DNA of 58,881 bases from Patescibacteria group bacterium. Its GTDB lineage: Bacteria; Patescibacteriota; UBA1384; GWA2-35-9; JBASTP01. The notes below the pieces were generated by a model. That model saw nothing but the letters and a program-made list of their open reading frames with translations. It was not told where the DNA came from and made no database searches. A program made the position numbers and the translations under genes. Shown one piece after another: positions 51,395 to 58,881 of the stretch; within the stretch, counting starts at the first letter, position 1; each line of letters opens with the position of its first letter. Location of the stretch: NCBI GenBank assembly GCA_049274945.1, contig JBASTP010000001.1:1-58881 (forward strand), written 5' to 3'.

Positions 51395-51768
51395 TGGCAA
51401 CCGCTAAAAAAATAATTAAAACGGTCCCGAAAGGAAAGATCACGGTCTTTTCCTCATTTAATAATACGATTATTTCCGCGACCGATATGAGCGGTAACGT
51501 CATGGCTTGGGCCTCGGCCGGCACCACCGGCTTTAAGGGCACCAAAAAATCCACGCCATTTTCGGCAACCCAAACCATGCGCCAGCTAGTGGAGAAGGTC
51601 AAACCCTACGGCCTCAAAGAAGTGGAGATATTGGTTAAGGGGGTAGGGCCAGGCCGCGAGGCATCGCTCCGCGGTTTGTCAGGTTCTGGGATTCAGGTAA
51701 GTATCATTAAAGATGCCACGCCAATTCCCCATGGCGGGCCCCGGCCAAAGAGCCCCCGGAGAGTGTAA
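51394..51768 (+). CDS. rpsK: 30S ribosomal protein S11
   Basis: ...SFNNTIISATD..GN...WASAGT.GFKG.KKSTPF.A. Confidence 0.96.
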   Translation: MATAKKIIKTVPKGKITVFSSFNNTIISATDMSGNVMAWASAGTTGFKGTKKSTPFSATQTMRQLVEKVKPYGLKEVEILVKGVGPGREASLRGLSGSGIQVSIIKDATPIPHGGPRPKSPRRV

Positions 51769-51770
51769 TC

Positions 51771-52343
51771 ATGTCTTCTAACACCACCCCTACAAAACGT
51801 TCTCGCAGGCTTGGTGTCCGGTTTATCCCAAAACTGGACAAATACCTTGCGCGCCGGCCCAATCCTGCCAGCCGCCGCAAGCGCCGACCCAAGATCACCG
51901 AGTACGGCAGCCAGCTGATGGAAAAACAGAAAGCAAAGTTTTTTTACAATGTTCGCGAACGCCAGTTCCGCCGGCTCGTGGATCACGCCACCGGCTCGCG
52001 CCACGATAGCTCGCTCACCCTTGCCCAACAGCTCGAAACGCGGCTGGACAACGTGGTGTTCCGGGCTGGCTTTGCCATCACCCACTACCAGGCCCGCCAG
52101 TTAGTGGGCCACCGGCACATCCTGGTGAACGGCAAAAAAATGAATATCCCGTCCGCCCAGGTTAAACCGGGGGAGGCGGTGAGCTTCCGCACCGTTATCT
52201 ACCACGATGAAAAGGCCGCGGCGCCCAATTGGCTTGCCGTTGATCACAAAAAAAATGTCATCGAGGTAAAACGGCTGCCGGTCAAGGAAGACATCGTCTC
52301 GGACATTGATTTTGAAAAAATAATTTCGTTTTATTCTAGATAA
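51771..52343 (+). CDS. rpsD: 30S ribosomal protein S4
   Basis: ...QLMEKQKAKFFY...ERQFR..., LE.RLDNVVFR.GFA.T...ARQLV.H.HI.VNGK. Confidence 0.95.
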   Translation: MSSNTTPTKRSRRLGVRFIPKLDKYLARRPNPASRRKRRPKITEYGSQLMEKQKAKFFYNVRERQFRRLVDHATGSRHDSSLTLAQQLETRLDNVVFRAGFAITHYQARQLVGHRHILVNGKKMNIPSAQVKPGEAVSFRTVIYHDEKAAAPNWLAVDHKKNVIEVKRLPVKEDIVSDIDFEKIISFYSR

Positions 52344-52345
52344 AA

Positions 52346-52441
52346 GTTACTAAATAGTTACCAATGGTTACCAACGGTTACAAGTAGTTACAGCGATTAA
52401 CCTCTAGTAACTATTAGTAACCTCTGGTAACCGCTAGTAAC
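52346..52441 (+). repeat. phased pentamer array: GTTAC x5 then GTAAC x4 (10-11 nt period) in the rpsD-rpoA spacer
   Basis: GTTAC at 52346, 52357, 52367, 52377 and 52387. Its reverse complement GTAAC is at 52407, 52417, 52427 and 52437. Confidence 0.85.
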
Positions 52442-52459
52442 CAATATAAGGAGCAATAT

Positions 52460-53245
52460 ATGGCCATCCTACCCGAAATGGAATTCATCAAAATCCAGCA
52501 AACTAAAAAGGAAAAAAACGCCGGTCAGTTTGTGATCGAGCCGCTCATGCCGGGCTACGGCGTGACGATTGGCAACAGCCTGCGGCGCATTCTTTTATCC
52601 TCGCTCACCGGCGCGGCAATTCACGCCGTCCGCGTATCGGGCATCAACCACGAGTTCGCACCGATCCCCGGCGCCAAAGAAGACATGATCGAACTCATCC
52701 TAAACCTTAAGAGCCTGCGCCTGCGGCTCGAAACCGACGAGCCCACCACTATCTCGCTCAAAGCCAAGGGGCCCAGTGAAATCCGCGGCAAAAACTTTAC
52801 CACCAATCCGCTCGTAACAATTGTCGACCCCAACCACTACCTCCTCACGCTCGATAAGAAAGGTGTCCTCGAAATCGAGGCGATGGTGGGCAAGGGCTAC
52901 GGCTACACCCCCACCGAACGCAAGCGCGAGGAAAAACTGCCATCCGGCTGGATTGTGGTGGATTCAATCTATTCGCCGATTACTCGGGTGAACTACGTTA
53001 TCGAAAACACCCGCGTTGGCCAAATTACCAACTTCGACAAGGTAACCCTCGACATTACCTCCGACGGCACGATCGATCCGGCCGAAGCGCTCCGCCAGGC
53101 TGCCGAGATTTTGGCCTACCACTTTAGCTTCATTACTAAGATTGGTGAGAAAGCCACGCCCGCCAAAGCTGCAAAAGCCAAACCCGCTGCAACCGAGGTT
53201 GATAAACCAGCTGCCAAACCAACTAAAAAAACTAAAACCAACTAA
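52460..53245 (+). CDS. rpoA: DNA-directed RNA polymerase subunit alpha, N-terminal domain only plus a Lys/Ala/Pro tail
   Basis: ...FVIEPL.PGYG.T.GN.LRR.LLSS..GAA...V.I.G..HEF. Only 261 aa, ending ...KATPAKAAKAKPAATEVDKPAAKPTKKTKTN. Confidence 0.93.
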   Translation: MAILPEMEFIKIQQTKKEKNAGQFVIEPLMPGYGVTIGNSLRRILLSSLTGAAIHAVRVSGINHEFAPIPGAKEDMIELILNLKSLRLRLETDEPTTISLKAKGPSEIRGKNFTTNPLVTIVDPNHYLLTLDKKGVLEIEAMVGKGYGYTPTERKREEKLPSGWIVVDSIYSPITRVNYVIENTRVGQITNFDKVTLDITSDGTIDPAEALRQAAEILAYHFSFITKIGEKATPAKAAKAKPAATEVDKPAAKPTKKTKTN

Positions 53246-53282
53246 ACCCCTGACTACTGAACCCTGATTACTGACTACTATT
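53246..53282 (+). repeat. C/T-rich tandem motif (CCCTGAYTACTG) after rpoA
   Basis: CCCCTGACTACTG AACCCTGATTACTG ACTACTA. Related copies are at 55731-55776 and 57139-57180. Confidence 0.6.
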
Positions 53283-53759
53283 ATGGGAAGCATACGCACC
53301 GACGTTGTACGTAACCTAACCACCTCGCTCGTGCTCCACAATCGCGTGGTAACGAGCCGGGTGAAAGCGCGAGCGGTCAAGCAAGTGATCGACCGACTTC
53401 TTGCTAAGGTTGCGGCTAACCAAAATCTCACCACGCGGCGTGCGTTAAACGGCTACCTCTACAACGATAAAGCCGTGGCGAAAATCTTCGAGCTGATTGC
53501 GCCAAATCTTGGCGAAAAACGCTCAGGTTTTGTGCAACTGTTTAAACTGCCGGCCCGCCGCCGCGACGCCTCCGATCGAACGATGTTGGTGCTATTGCCA
53601 GAGCTTCTTACCGTGAAAAAAGCAGAACCAAATGATGAAAAAACAATAGAGCGTAATCGGCTGAAGGGCTCGAGCGAGCACGTTGGCGCGAGGAGCCCGG
53701 TGGCGACGGGACCCGACGCGCGCAGCCGAGCCCGAAGCCGATCAAAACAAAAAAAATGA
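53283..53759 (+). CDS. rplQ: 50S ribosomal protein L17 (C-terminal extension)
   Basis: ...LTTSLVLHNRVVTS..KA......V..L.... Confidence 0.92.
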   Translation: MGSIRTDVVRNLTTSLVLHNRVVTSRVKARAVKQVIDRLLAKVAANQNLTTRRALNGYLYNDKAVAKIFELIAPNLGEKRSGFVQLFKLPARRRDASDRTMLVLLPELLTVKKAEPNDEKTIERNRLKGSSEHVGARSPVATGPDARSRARSRSKQKK

Positions 53760-54100
53760 AAACCATCGACGCCCAAAACCAAATTCTCGGCAAGCTCGCC
53801 GTAACGATCGCCGACACCCTGCGCGGCAAGGACAAACCGAGCTTCCGGCTCCACAAGCTCTCCGGCGAACCGGTGACGGTAATTAACGCGGACAAAATTA
53901 AGGTAACGGGCGCCAAATTAACCGACAAAATGTACTACCGCCACTCCGGCTACCTGGGCCACCTTAAATCAACGCCGCTTGGCAAAATTATGGATAACCG
54001 GCCCGAGTGGGTGCTCCGCAAAGCCGTTTCCGGGATGTTGCCCAAAAACCGCCTGCGCGGGCAGTGGCTTAAACAATTAACCATTAAACGAGGATCATGA
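53756..54100 (+). CDS. rplM: 50S ribosomal protein L13 (short form)
   Basis: ...GKLA..IA..LRGK.KP.F......G..V.VINA.KI.VTG.K...K.YY.HSGY.G. Confidence 0.93.
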   Translation: MKTIDAQNQILGKLAVTIADTLRGKDKPSFRLHKLSGEPVTVINADKIKVTGAKLTDKMYYRHSGYLGHLKSTPLGKIMDNRPEWVLRKAVSGMLPKNRLRGQWLKQLTIKRGS

Positions 54101-54513
54101 TGCCTGAAACCCCTCAACCGCTCAAAAGCTCAACGGCTCAAAAGCTCAATTATTACGCCGCCATCGGCCGGCGCAAGCGCGCCGTGGCGCGCGTGCGGTT
54201 GACTAAAGGCACCGGCCAGCTTACCGTAAACACCAAACCGTTTGCCGATCCCTTTGGCTTAATCAGCGAGCCGCTCAAACTTGCCAACATGCTGGGCGCG
54301 TACGACATCTCGGCAAAAGTCCAGGGTGGGGGAGCGCAGGCGCGCAAAGAAGCGGTGCGCCTGGGCATTGCCCGAGCCTTGCTGACGCTTGATGAAACCC
54401 TCCGGCCCACCCTCCGCCAAGCCGGCATGCTCACCCGCGACCCTCGCGAAAAAGAACGCAAAAAGCCTGGCTTAAAACGCGCCCGGCGCGCGCCCCAGTG
54501 GAGCAAGCGGTAA
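54097..54513 (+). CDS. rpsI: 30S ribosomal protein S9
   Basis: ...GRRK.AVARV.L..G.G...VN......, GGG..AQ..A...GIARAL...RD.R.KERKK.G...ARRA.QWSKR. Confidence 0.95.
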   Translation: MMPETPQPLKSSTAQKLNYYAAIGRRKRAVARVRLTKGTGQLTVNTKPFADPFGLISEPLKLANMLGAYDISAKVQGGGAQARKEAVRLGIARALLTLDETLRPTLRQAGMLTRDPREKERKKPGLKRARRAPQWSKR

Positions 54514-54514
54514 C

Positions 54515-54988
54515 ATGGAGAAAAATATCTTATTGGTAATTGGTCTAGCTATCCTCGCGGCGATTGTGTGGTATGGGGGAACTAGCAAGCCAAGCACGAC
54601 TAAGAGTACGGCAACCACCACGGCAACCACATCAGATCAATCAACTATTAAAAATATGGACGAACCAACTGAACTGAAAATTGAGGATCTTACGGTCGGC
54701 ACGGGCGCCGAGCTCACGGCCGGCAAAACCGCCACGGTTCACTACACCGGCACCCTCACCGACGGCACGGTGTTCGATAGTTCGGTGGAGCGCGGTGAGC
54801 CCGCGCAATTTGCCGTAGGGGTGGGCCAGCTCATCGAAGGGTTCGATAAGGGGCTCATTGGCATGAAAGTCGGCGGCAAGCGTAAACTCACCATTCCAGC
54901 CGCCCTCGGCTACGGCGATAAGCAAGTCAGCACCATCCCCGCCAACTCAACCCTGATTTTTGAGGTCGAACTGCTTGGGGTGGAATAA
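54515..54988 (+). CDS. FKBP-type peptidyl-prolyl cis-trans isomerase, membrane-anchored
   Basis: N-terminal transmembrane helix; VHYTGTLTDGTVFDSS...F.VG.GQLIEGFDKGL.GMKVGGKRKLTIPAALGYG. Confidence 0.9.
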   Translation: MEKNILLVIGLAILAAIVWYGGTSKPSTTKSTATTTATTSDQSTIKNMDEPTELKIEDLTVGTGAELTAGKTATVHYTGTLTDGTVFDSSVERGEPAQFAVGVGQLIEGFDKGLIGMKVGGKRKLTIPAALGYGDKQVSTIPANSTLIFEVELLGVE

Positions 54989-55035
54989 GAACTCCATCTA
55001 ACCCAAAACCTCACGACCTGAGGCGTTCAATCACG

Positions 55036-55065
55036 TTGACACAGCGCCGACCAACTTGATACTAT
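55036..55065 (+). promoter_or_regulatory. candidate promoter of the PIN toxin-antitoxin operon
   Basis: TTGACA, 18-nt spacer, TACTAT. Confidence 0.45.
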
Positions 55066-55083
55066 AGCTAGAAGAAGGGCTAT

Positions 55084-55311
55084 ATGACCACAAAAACTAT
55101 TGATCTTAAAAAAGACACTCAAGTCAAACTTCCCTCTGACTTCAAGGGCAGATTATTTGTTTTGCAAGGCATGAACTCTATTACTTTTAGCAGGGAACCA
55201 GTCAGAACATTTTCAGAAATTAGATCTAAGATCAAAAAAGCTAAAATAAGAATTAGTCCTCAAATAATCGAAAAAGAAATCCAGGCCCATCGCAGGTCTA
55301 AGGCGCGATAA
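55084..55311 (+). CDS. putative type II antitoxin (partner of the PIN toxin)
   Basis: 75-aa ORF; the next gene starts 1 nt after its stop. Confidence 0.6.
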   Translation: MTTKTIDLKKDTQVKLPSDFKGRLFVLQGMNSITFSREPVRTFSEIRSKIKKAKIRISPQIIEKEIQAHRRSKAR

Positions 55312-55725
55312 ATGCGGATTGTTCTCGATACCAATGTTATTATTTCCGCATTTTTATGGGGCGGAGTACCTGAAAATATTCTCAACCAAGCAGAAAATGG
55401 ATTAGTTCAAATCTTTACCTGCCAACAACAACTTGACGAGTTGAGTGATGTGCTAGGCAGAAATCAATTTAGAACCCAGCTTGAAAAGATTAATTTAACT
55501 CCATCGGAAATCAAGAATGCTTTTATAGCGCTCTCCAGCATTATTCTTGTTTCCAAAATAAAACCGGTCATTAAAGCTGACCCAGATGATGATATTATCT
55601 TAGCGTGCGCGGTGGAGAGTTATTCAGAATATATTATCTCAGGAGACAAACATATTCTCAATTTGAAAATGCACAATGGGATTGAAATTATTACTCCGGC
55701 AAATTTTTATTCTTTAATCAGTTAG
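55312..55725 (+). CDS. PIN-domain toxin (PIN_3/TIGR00305-like)
   Basis: MRIVLDTNVIISAF... and ...DPDDDIILACAV....YIISGDKHIL. Confidence 0.85.
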   Translation: MRIVLDTNVIISAFLWGGVPENILNQAENGLVQIFTCQQQLDELSDVLGRNQFRTQLEKINLTPSEIKNAFIALSSIILVSKIKPVIKADPDDDIILACAVESYSEYIISGDKHILNLKMHNGIEIITPANFYSLIS

Positions 55726-55789
55726 TAAAATTACTGCCCCATGCCCCCGCGCTACCGTGCTACTGTTTCCCTAAAGATCTGCCAAACCG

Positions 55790-55842
55790 TTGACATAATC
55801 GTATCAAAATGATACGATTAATTGGTATAAATGATACGATTA
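55790..55842 (+). promoter_or_regulatory. promoter with palindromic and direct-repeat operator upstream of the Fic gene
   Basis: TTGACA 55790-55795, 17-nt spacer, TACGAT 55813-55818. Palindrome AATCGTATCA/TGATACGATT at 55797-55819. Direct repeat AAATGATACGATTA at 55807 and 55829. Confidence 0.45.
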
Positions 55843-56897
55843 TGATTATAATTAACCAGAAACAGCAAAAAATACTCAACCTATTCTTGCGGCATAATCT
55901 CCTGAGCTCTTCGGAGGTTCACGGCCACTTGTCCAAGGAAGGCGAGGAAACGTCGCTCGTAACCGTGAAGCGAGAGCTGTCCGCAATGGCAACATCGGGT
56001 CTTTTGACCGCTTCCGGCCGGGGCCGATCTGCCGCGTATAGCATCAGTATTTTGGGGCGCGTTTTTAGTAATGTGGACGCGGCTGCGTACAACGCCCTGG
56101 AACCGGATACACGCTATGGTCTGGCACATTTTAATTTTGAGCTATTGCCATCGTTTCCGGCCGATATCTTTACCTCCGCCGAACTGGCAACCCTTGAGGA
56201 CGTAACCCATGAGTATCGCAAGCGGACAGCGGATTTGCCGCCCGCCATTGCAAAAAAAGAGCTGGAACGGCTGATTATAGAACTATCCTGGAAATCATCA
56301 AAGATTGAGGGCAATACCTATACGCTGCTTGATACGGAAAAACTGATTCTAGAGCATAGGCAAGCTCCCGGTCATGATAAAAAAGAAGCGCGCATGATTC
56401 TTAATCATAAAGACGCGTTCACATTTGTGTACGAGCATCAAAAAGCGTTCCGCAATCTTACGCGCGCTAACCTTGAGCAACTCCATGGTATTTTAGTGAA
56501 AGGATTAAGCGTGGGCACCGGGTTGCGCCAAAAACCGGTTGGCGTGACCGGGTCCAAGTATCGGCCGCTTGATAACGTACATCAAATTAGGGAAGCGGTA
56601 GAGTCGCTGGGGGCTGCGGTGGCGAGGGTAAAAACTCCGTACGCCAAAGCGCTCTTGGCGCTGATCGGCATAAGCTATATTCAGCCGTTTGAAGACGGCA
56701 ACAAGCGCACCGGCCGCATTATGGCAAACGCGATCCTGCTCGCCCACGGCTGCGCGCCGCTCTCATATCGGAGCGTTGAAGAAAAAGACTATCGGGAAAC
56801 AAGCCTCGTGTTTTACGAGATTAATTCAATTGTGCCATTTAAGAAAATTTTTATTGAGCAATATGTGTTCGCCGCGAAAAATTACGCGGTGAAATAG
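55842..56897 (+). CDS. Fic/DOC-family protein with an N-terminal wHTH-like region and a non-canonical Fic motif
   Basis: QPFEDGNKRTGR (56682-56717) occupies the place of HxFx(D/E)GNGRxxR. The track start 55809 lies inside the predicted promoter, so ATG 55842 is preferred. Confidence 0.75.
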   Translation: MIIINQKQQKILNLFLRHNLLSSSEVHGHLSKEGEETSLVTVKRELSAMATSGLLTASGRGRSAAYSISILGRVFSNVDAAAYNALEPDTRYGLAHFNFELLPSFPADIFTSAELATLEDVTHEYRKRTADLPPAIAKKELERLIIELSWKSSKIEGNTYTLLDTEKLILEHRQAPGHDKKEARMILNHKDAFTFVYEHQKAFRNLTRANLEQLHGILVKGLSVGTGLRQKPVGVTGSKYRPLDNVHQIREAVESLGAAVARVKTPYAKALLALIGISYIQPFEDGNKRTGRIMANAILLAHGCAPLSYRSVEEKDYRETSLVFYEINSIVPFKKIFIEQYVFAAKNYAVK

Positions 56898-56903
56898 GCC
56901 CCT

Positions 56904-57101
56904 ATGCCAACGAAAATCGCCGCCAAAACTAAAGAAGAGACTTACTATAAATGCGTTCATTGCGGAGATGAGATTTACTGGAATACGCACAAAAGCATGA
57001 CCTACTGCAAGTGCGGGGGCCTCGGAGTTGATGGGTGCGAGTTTTATGTGCGGCTTATCGGCGATGAGAAAAACCGTGAAGAAATTAAAAAAGGAAAATA
57101 G
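56904..57101 (+). CDS. small zinc-ribbon-like protein, hypothetical
   Basis: 65 aa with CVHCGD...CKCGG...GC cysteine pairs. Confidence 0.5.
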   Translation: MPTKIAAKTKEETYYKCVHCGDEIYWNTHKSMTYCKCGGLGVDGCEFYVRLIGDEKNREEIKKGK

Positions 57102-57362
57102 CAGCCTCTTATCTATTAAGCTCTCGTTGAAATTTTCTAACCCCTGACTACTGTCCCCTGGCTACTGTTTCCCTGACTCGTTCGACATCAGGTAAAAATG
57201 GTGGTATAAATTAGGGCAATGAATAGGCCAGGGTCGCTCGACGAGTTATAGGAAGGTATAAAAATATGAATTCCCCCGCCGGCAATTCCGCTCGACCTTC
57301 CGCTCGGCCTTCCAAGACCTTGGGCGAAGCCGGTGAAAAAGCGGCAAGAAAGGAAATAATTT

Positions 57363-58881
57363 ATGCAACTTACCGATAACGAAAAACGGGATATCGCAAA
57401 ATATCTTGAAGCGGGCAAGCCATTGCCGGACAAGTATCGTTTTTTGCTGTTTGACGACAACCGCGAGGTTGAGCTGGTTTGGAATGGCAAGACAAACGAG
57501 GTGGAAAATACAGTGCTACCTTTCCAAGTTATCGAGCAGATTGATGAACCGCGGAGCGATGATAAATTCGGTAACGCGCAGGGTTCCCTTTTTGATATAT
57601 CAGGTCGGCAAATTACTGGCTGGACGAATAAGCTAATTTGGGGTGATAACAAGCTTATTCTTTCGTCACTCAAAAACGGCCCTTTGCGGAAAGAAATAGA
57701 AGCTCAGGGCGGGCTTAAACTTATCTATATTGACCCGCCGTTTGATGTAGGGGCCGATTTTTCGATGGATGTAGAAATCGGCGATGAACAGTTTACTAAA
57801 AAGCCATCGGTTATCGAAGAAATCGCCTATCGGGATACTTGGGGCAAAGGCGCGGATAGTTTTATCGCCATGATCTATGAACGGCTAAAGTTGATGCACG
57901 ATTTACTTGCGGAAGACGGAAGCATTTATGTGCATTGTGATTGGAGAGTTAATAGTTATATTCGGTTAATACTAGATGAAATGTTTGGGAAAAATAATTT
58001 TTTGAATGAGATTTCATGGAAAAGATACGCGGCTCATAGTTTGGCCACCCAGGGTTACGATTCAATAACAGATAGAGTTTTCATTTATTCAAAAAATAAA
58101 TCCGACGTCATTTTTAATTTACAATACGGCCTAATTTCTGATGAAGAAATAGATGAAAAATTTTCTCATGTAGAAAAGGAAACTGGGAAAAGATATCAAC
58201 ATGTTGCATTGGAACAATCCTCTAATTCCAGTAGCCGAGGTGAAGTTAGGGTTATTCAAGGAAAAGAGGTCGTAAGTAGTGTCGGTTGGAGATGGTCTCA
58301 AAAAACCTTCGATGAAAGATTAAAAGAAAATCCCTTATTAATCCATTGGACTGGTATAGGCCGCCCTAGATATAAAATCTATATAGACGAGTATGAAGGT
58401 AAACCACTGGGCGATGTTTGGACTGATATAAATTATCTTTCTTCAGGAGATTCACAAGGTCTTAACTATCCCACCCAAAAACCAGAAATCCTTTTAGAAA
58501 GAATTATCAAAGCTTCCTCTAACGAAGGTGATCTTATTGCTGACTTTTTTTGTGGTTCTGGCACCACTCTCGCCGTTGCAGAAAAGCTTGATAGAAAGTG
58601 GATTGGTTCTGATTTAGGAAAATTTGGTATACATACTTCCCGCAAGCGCTTAATTGGTGTTCAAAGAGAACTCAAAAAAGGAGGCAAAGATTTTCGCGCT
58701 TTTGAAATTTTAAATGTTGGTAAATACGAACGAGAAAGCTTTTTGGCGGTAAATGACGACTTGCGGGCAGAAGAAAAATCTAAACAGGCAGAGCAGAAAG
58801 AAAAAGAATTTGTAAAACTCATCATCTCCGCATATAAGGCCGAGCCGGTAGGGTCGTTCGTAAACATTGTTGGTAAAAAGC
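57363..58881 (+). CDS. N6-adenine (beta-class, type III Mod-like) DNA methyltransferase, 3' end outside the window
   Basis: Not in the ORF track because it has no stop codon. I translated it from ATG 57363 and found no stop through 58881. Motifs: LIYIDPPF (motif IV), YPTQKPEILLERII, DFFCGSGTT (motif I). Confidence 0.85.
   Translation, partial: MQLTDNEKRDIAKYLEAGKPLPDKYRFLLFDDNREVELVWNGKTNEVENTVLPFQVIEQIDEPRSDDKFGNAQGSLFDISGRQITGWTNKLIWGDNKLILSSLKNGPLRKEIEAQGGLKLIYIDPPFDVGADFSMDVEIGDEQFTKKPSVIEEIAYRDTWGKGADSFIAMIYERLKLMHDLLAEDGSIYVHCDWRVNSYIRLILDEMFGKNNFLNEISWKRYAAHSLATQGYDSITDRVFIYSKNKSDVIFNLQYGLISDEEIDEKFSHVEKETGKRYQHVALEQSSNSSSRGEVRVIQGKEVVSSVGWRWSQKTFDERLKENPLLIHWTGIGRPRYKIYIDEYEGKPLGDVWTDINYLSSGDSQGLNYPTQKPEILLERIIKASSNEGDLIADFFCGSGTTLAVAEKLDRKWIGSDLGKFGIHTSRKRLIGVQRELKKGGKDFRAFEILNVGKYERESFLAVNDDLRAEEKSKQAEQKEKEFVKLIISAYKAEPVGSFVNIVGKK

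Noticed and set aside
57188-57673. A 161-aa minus-strand ORF and the 57406-57636 plus-strand ORF.
   Set aside because: Both overlap the 5' end of the clearly motif-bearing methyltransferase frame that starts at 57363.

Overview
This 58.9-kb window is mostly a housekeeping backbone on the plus strand. All family calls rest on motif recognition in the ORF track and reading the DNA by eye; no searches were run.

Backbone, in order:
- An exopolysaccharide-type cluster and gyrB-gyrA.
- infB-cdaA, an M23 peptidase and obg.
- rpoB-rpoC, then the str operon (rpsL-rpsG-fusA ... tuf).
- A nearly complete S10-spc-alpha ribosomal superoperon (rpsJ to rplQ, then rplM-rpsI).
- Toxin-antitoxin pairs, a Fic protein and a partial type III-like DNA methyltransferase.

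Several traits suggest, as an inference only, a small-genome Candidate Phyla Radiation/Patescibacteria-type bacterium. There is no rpmD between rpsE and rplO, L5 and L13 are short, rpoA has no C-terminal domain, and many proteins carry Lys/Ala/Pro-rich tails.

Main finding: a roughly 6.1-kb island (27672-33757) splits fusA from tuf. It contains:
- Three separately promoted and terminated arrays of an 11-nt repeat (YTCCTTGATTC). There are 24 copies, separated by unique 32-72 nt spacers.
- Two paralogous proteins with RAMP-like motifs (an IPxxxxxGxLKxA-type motif and a C-terminal GLGGxRxxxGQF glycine-rich loop).
- Two paralogous, highly structured ncRNAs of about 470 and 290 nt.
- Between those ncRNAs, an IS110-family-like protein that appears to lack the DEDD and Ser catalytic residues.

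I read this island as a candidate non-canonical, CRISPR-like or bridge-RNA-like RNA-guided module. No cas1, cas2 or nuclease gene is visible.

Other points:
- A second, AT-rich 3.1-kb island splits rpsJ from rplC.
- A GC-rich single-gene island lies between gyrA and infB.
- Several families of short repeats sit at gene junctions inside the ribosomal operons.
- No tRNA or rRNA genes were recognised.
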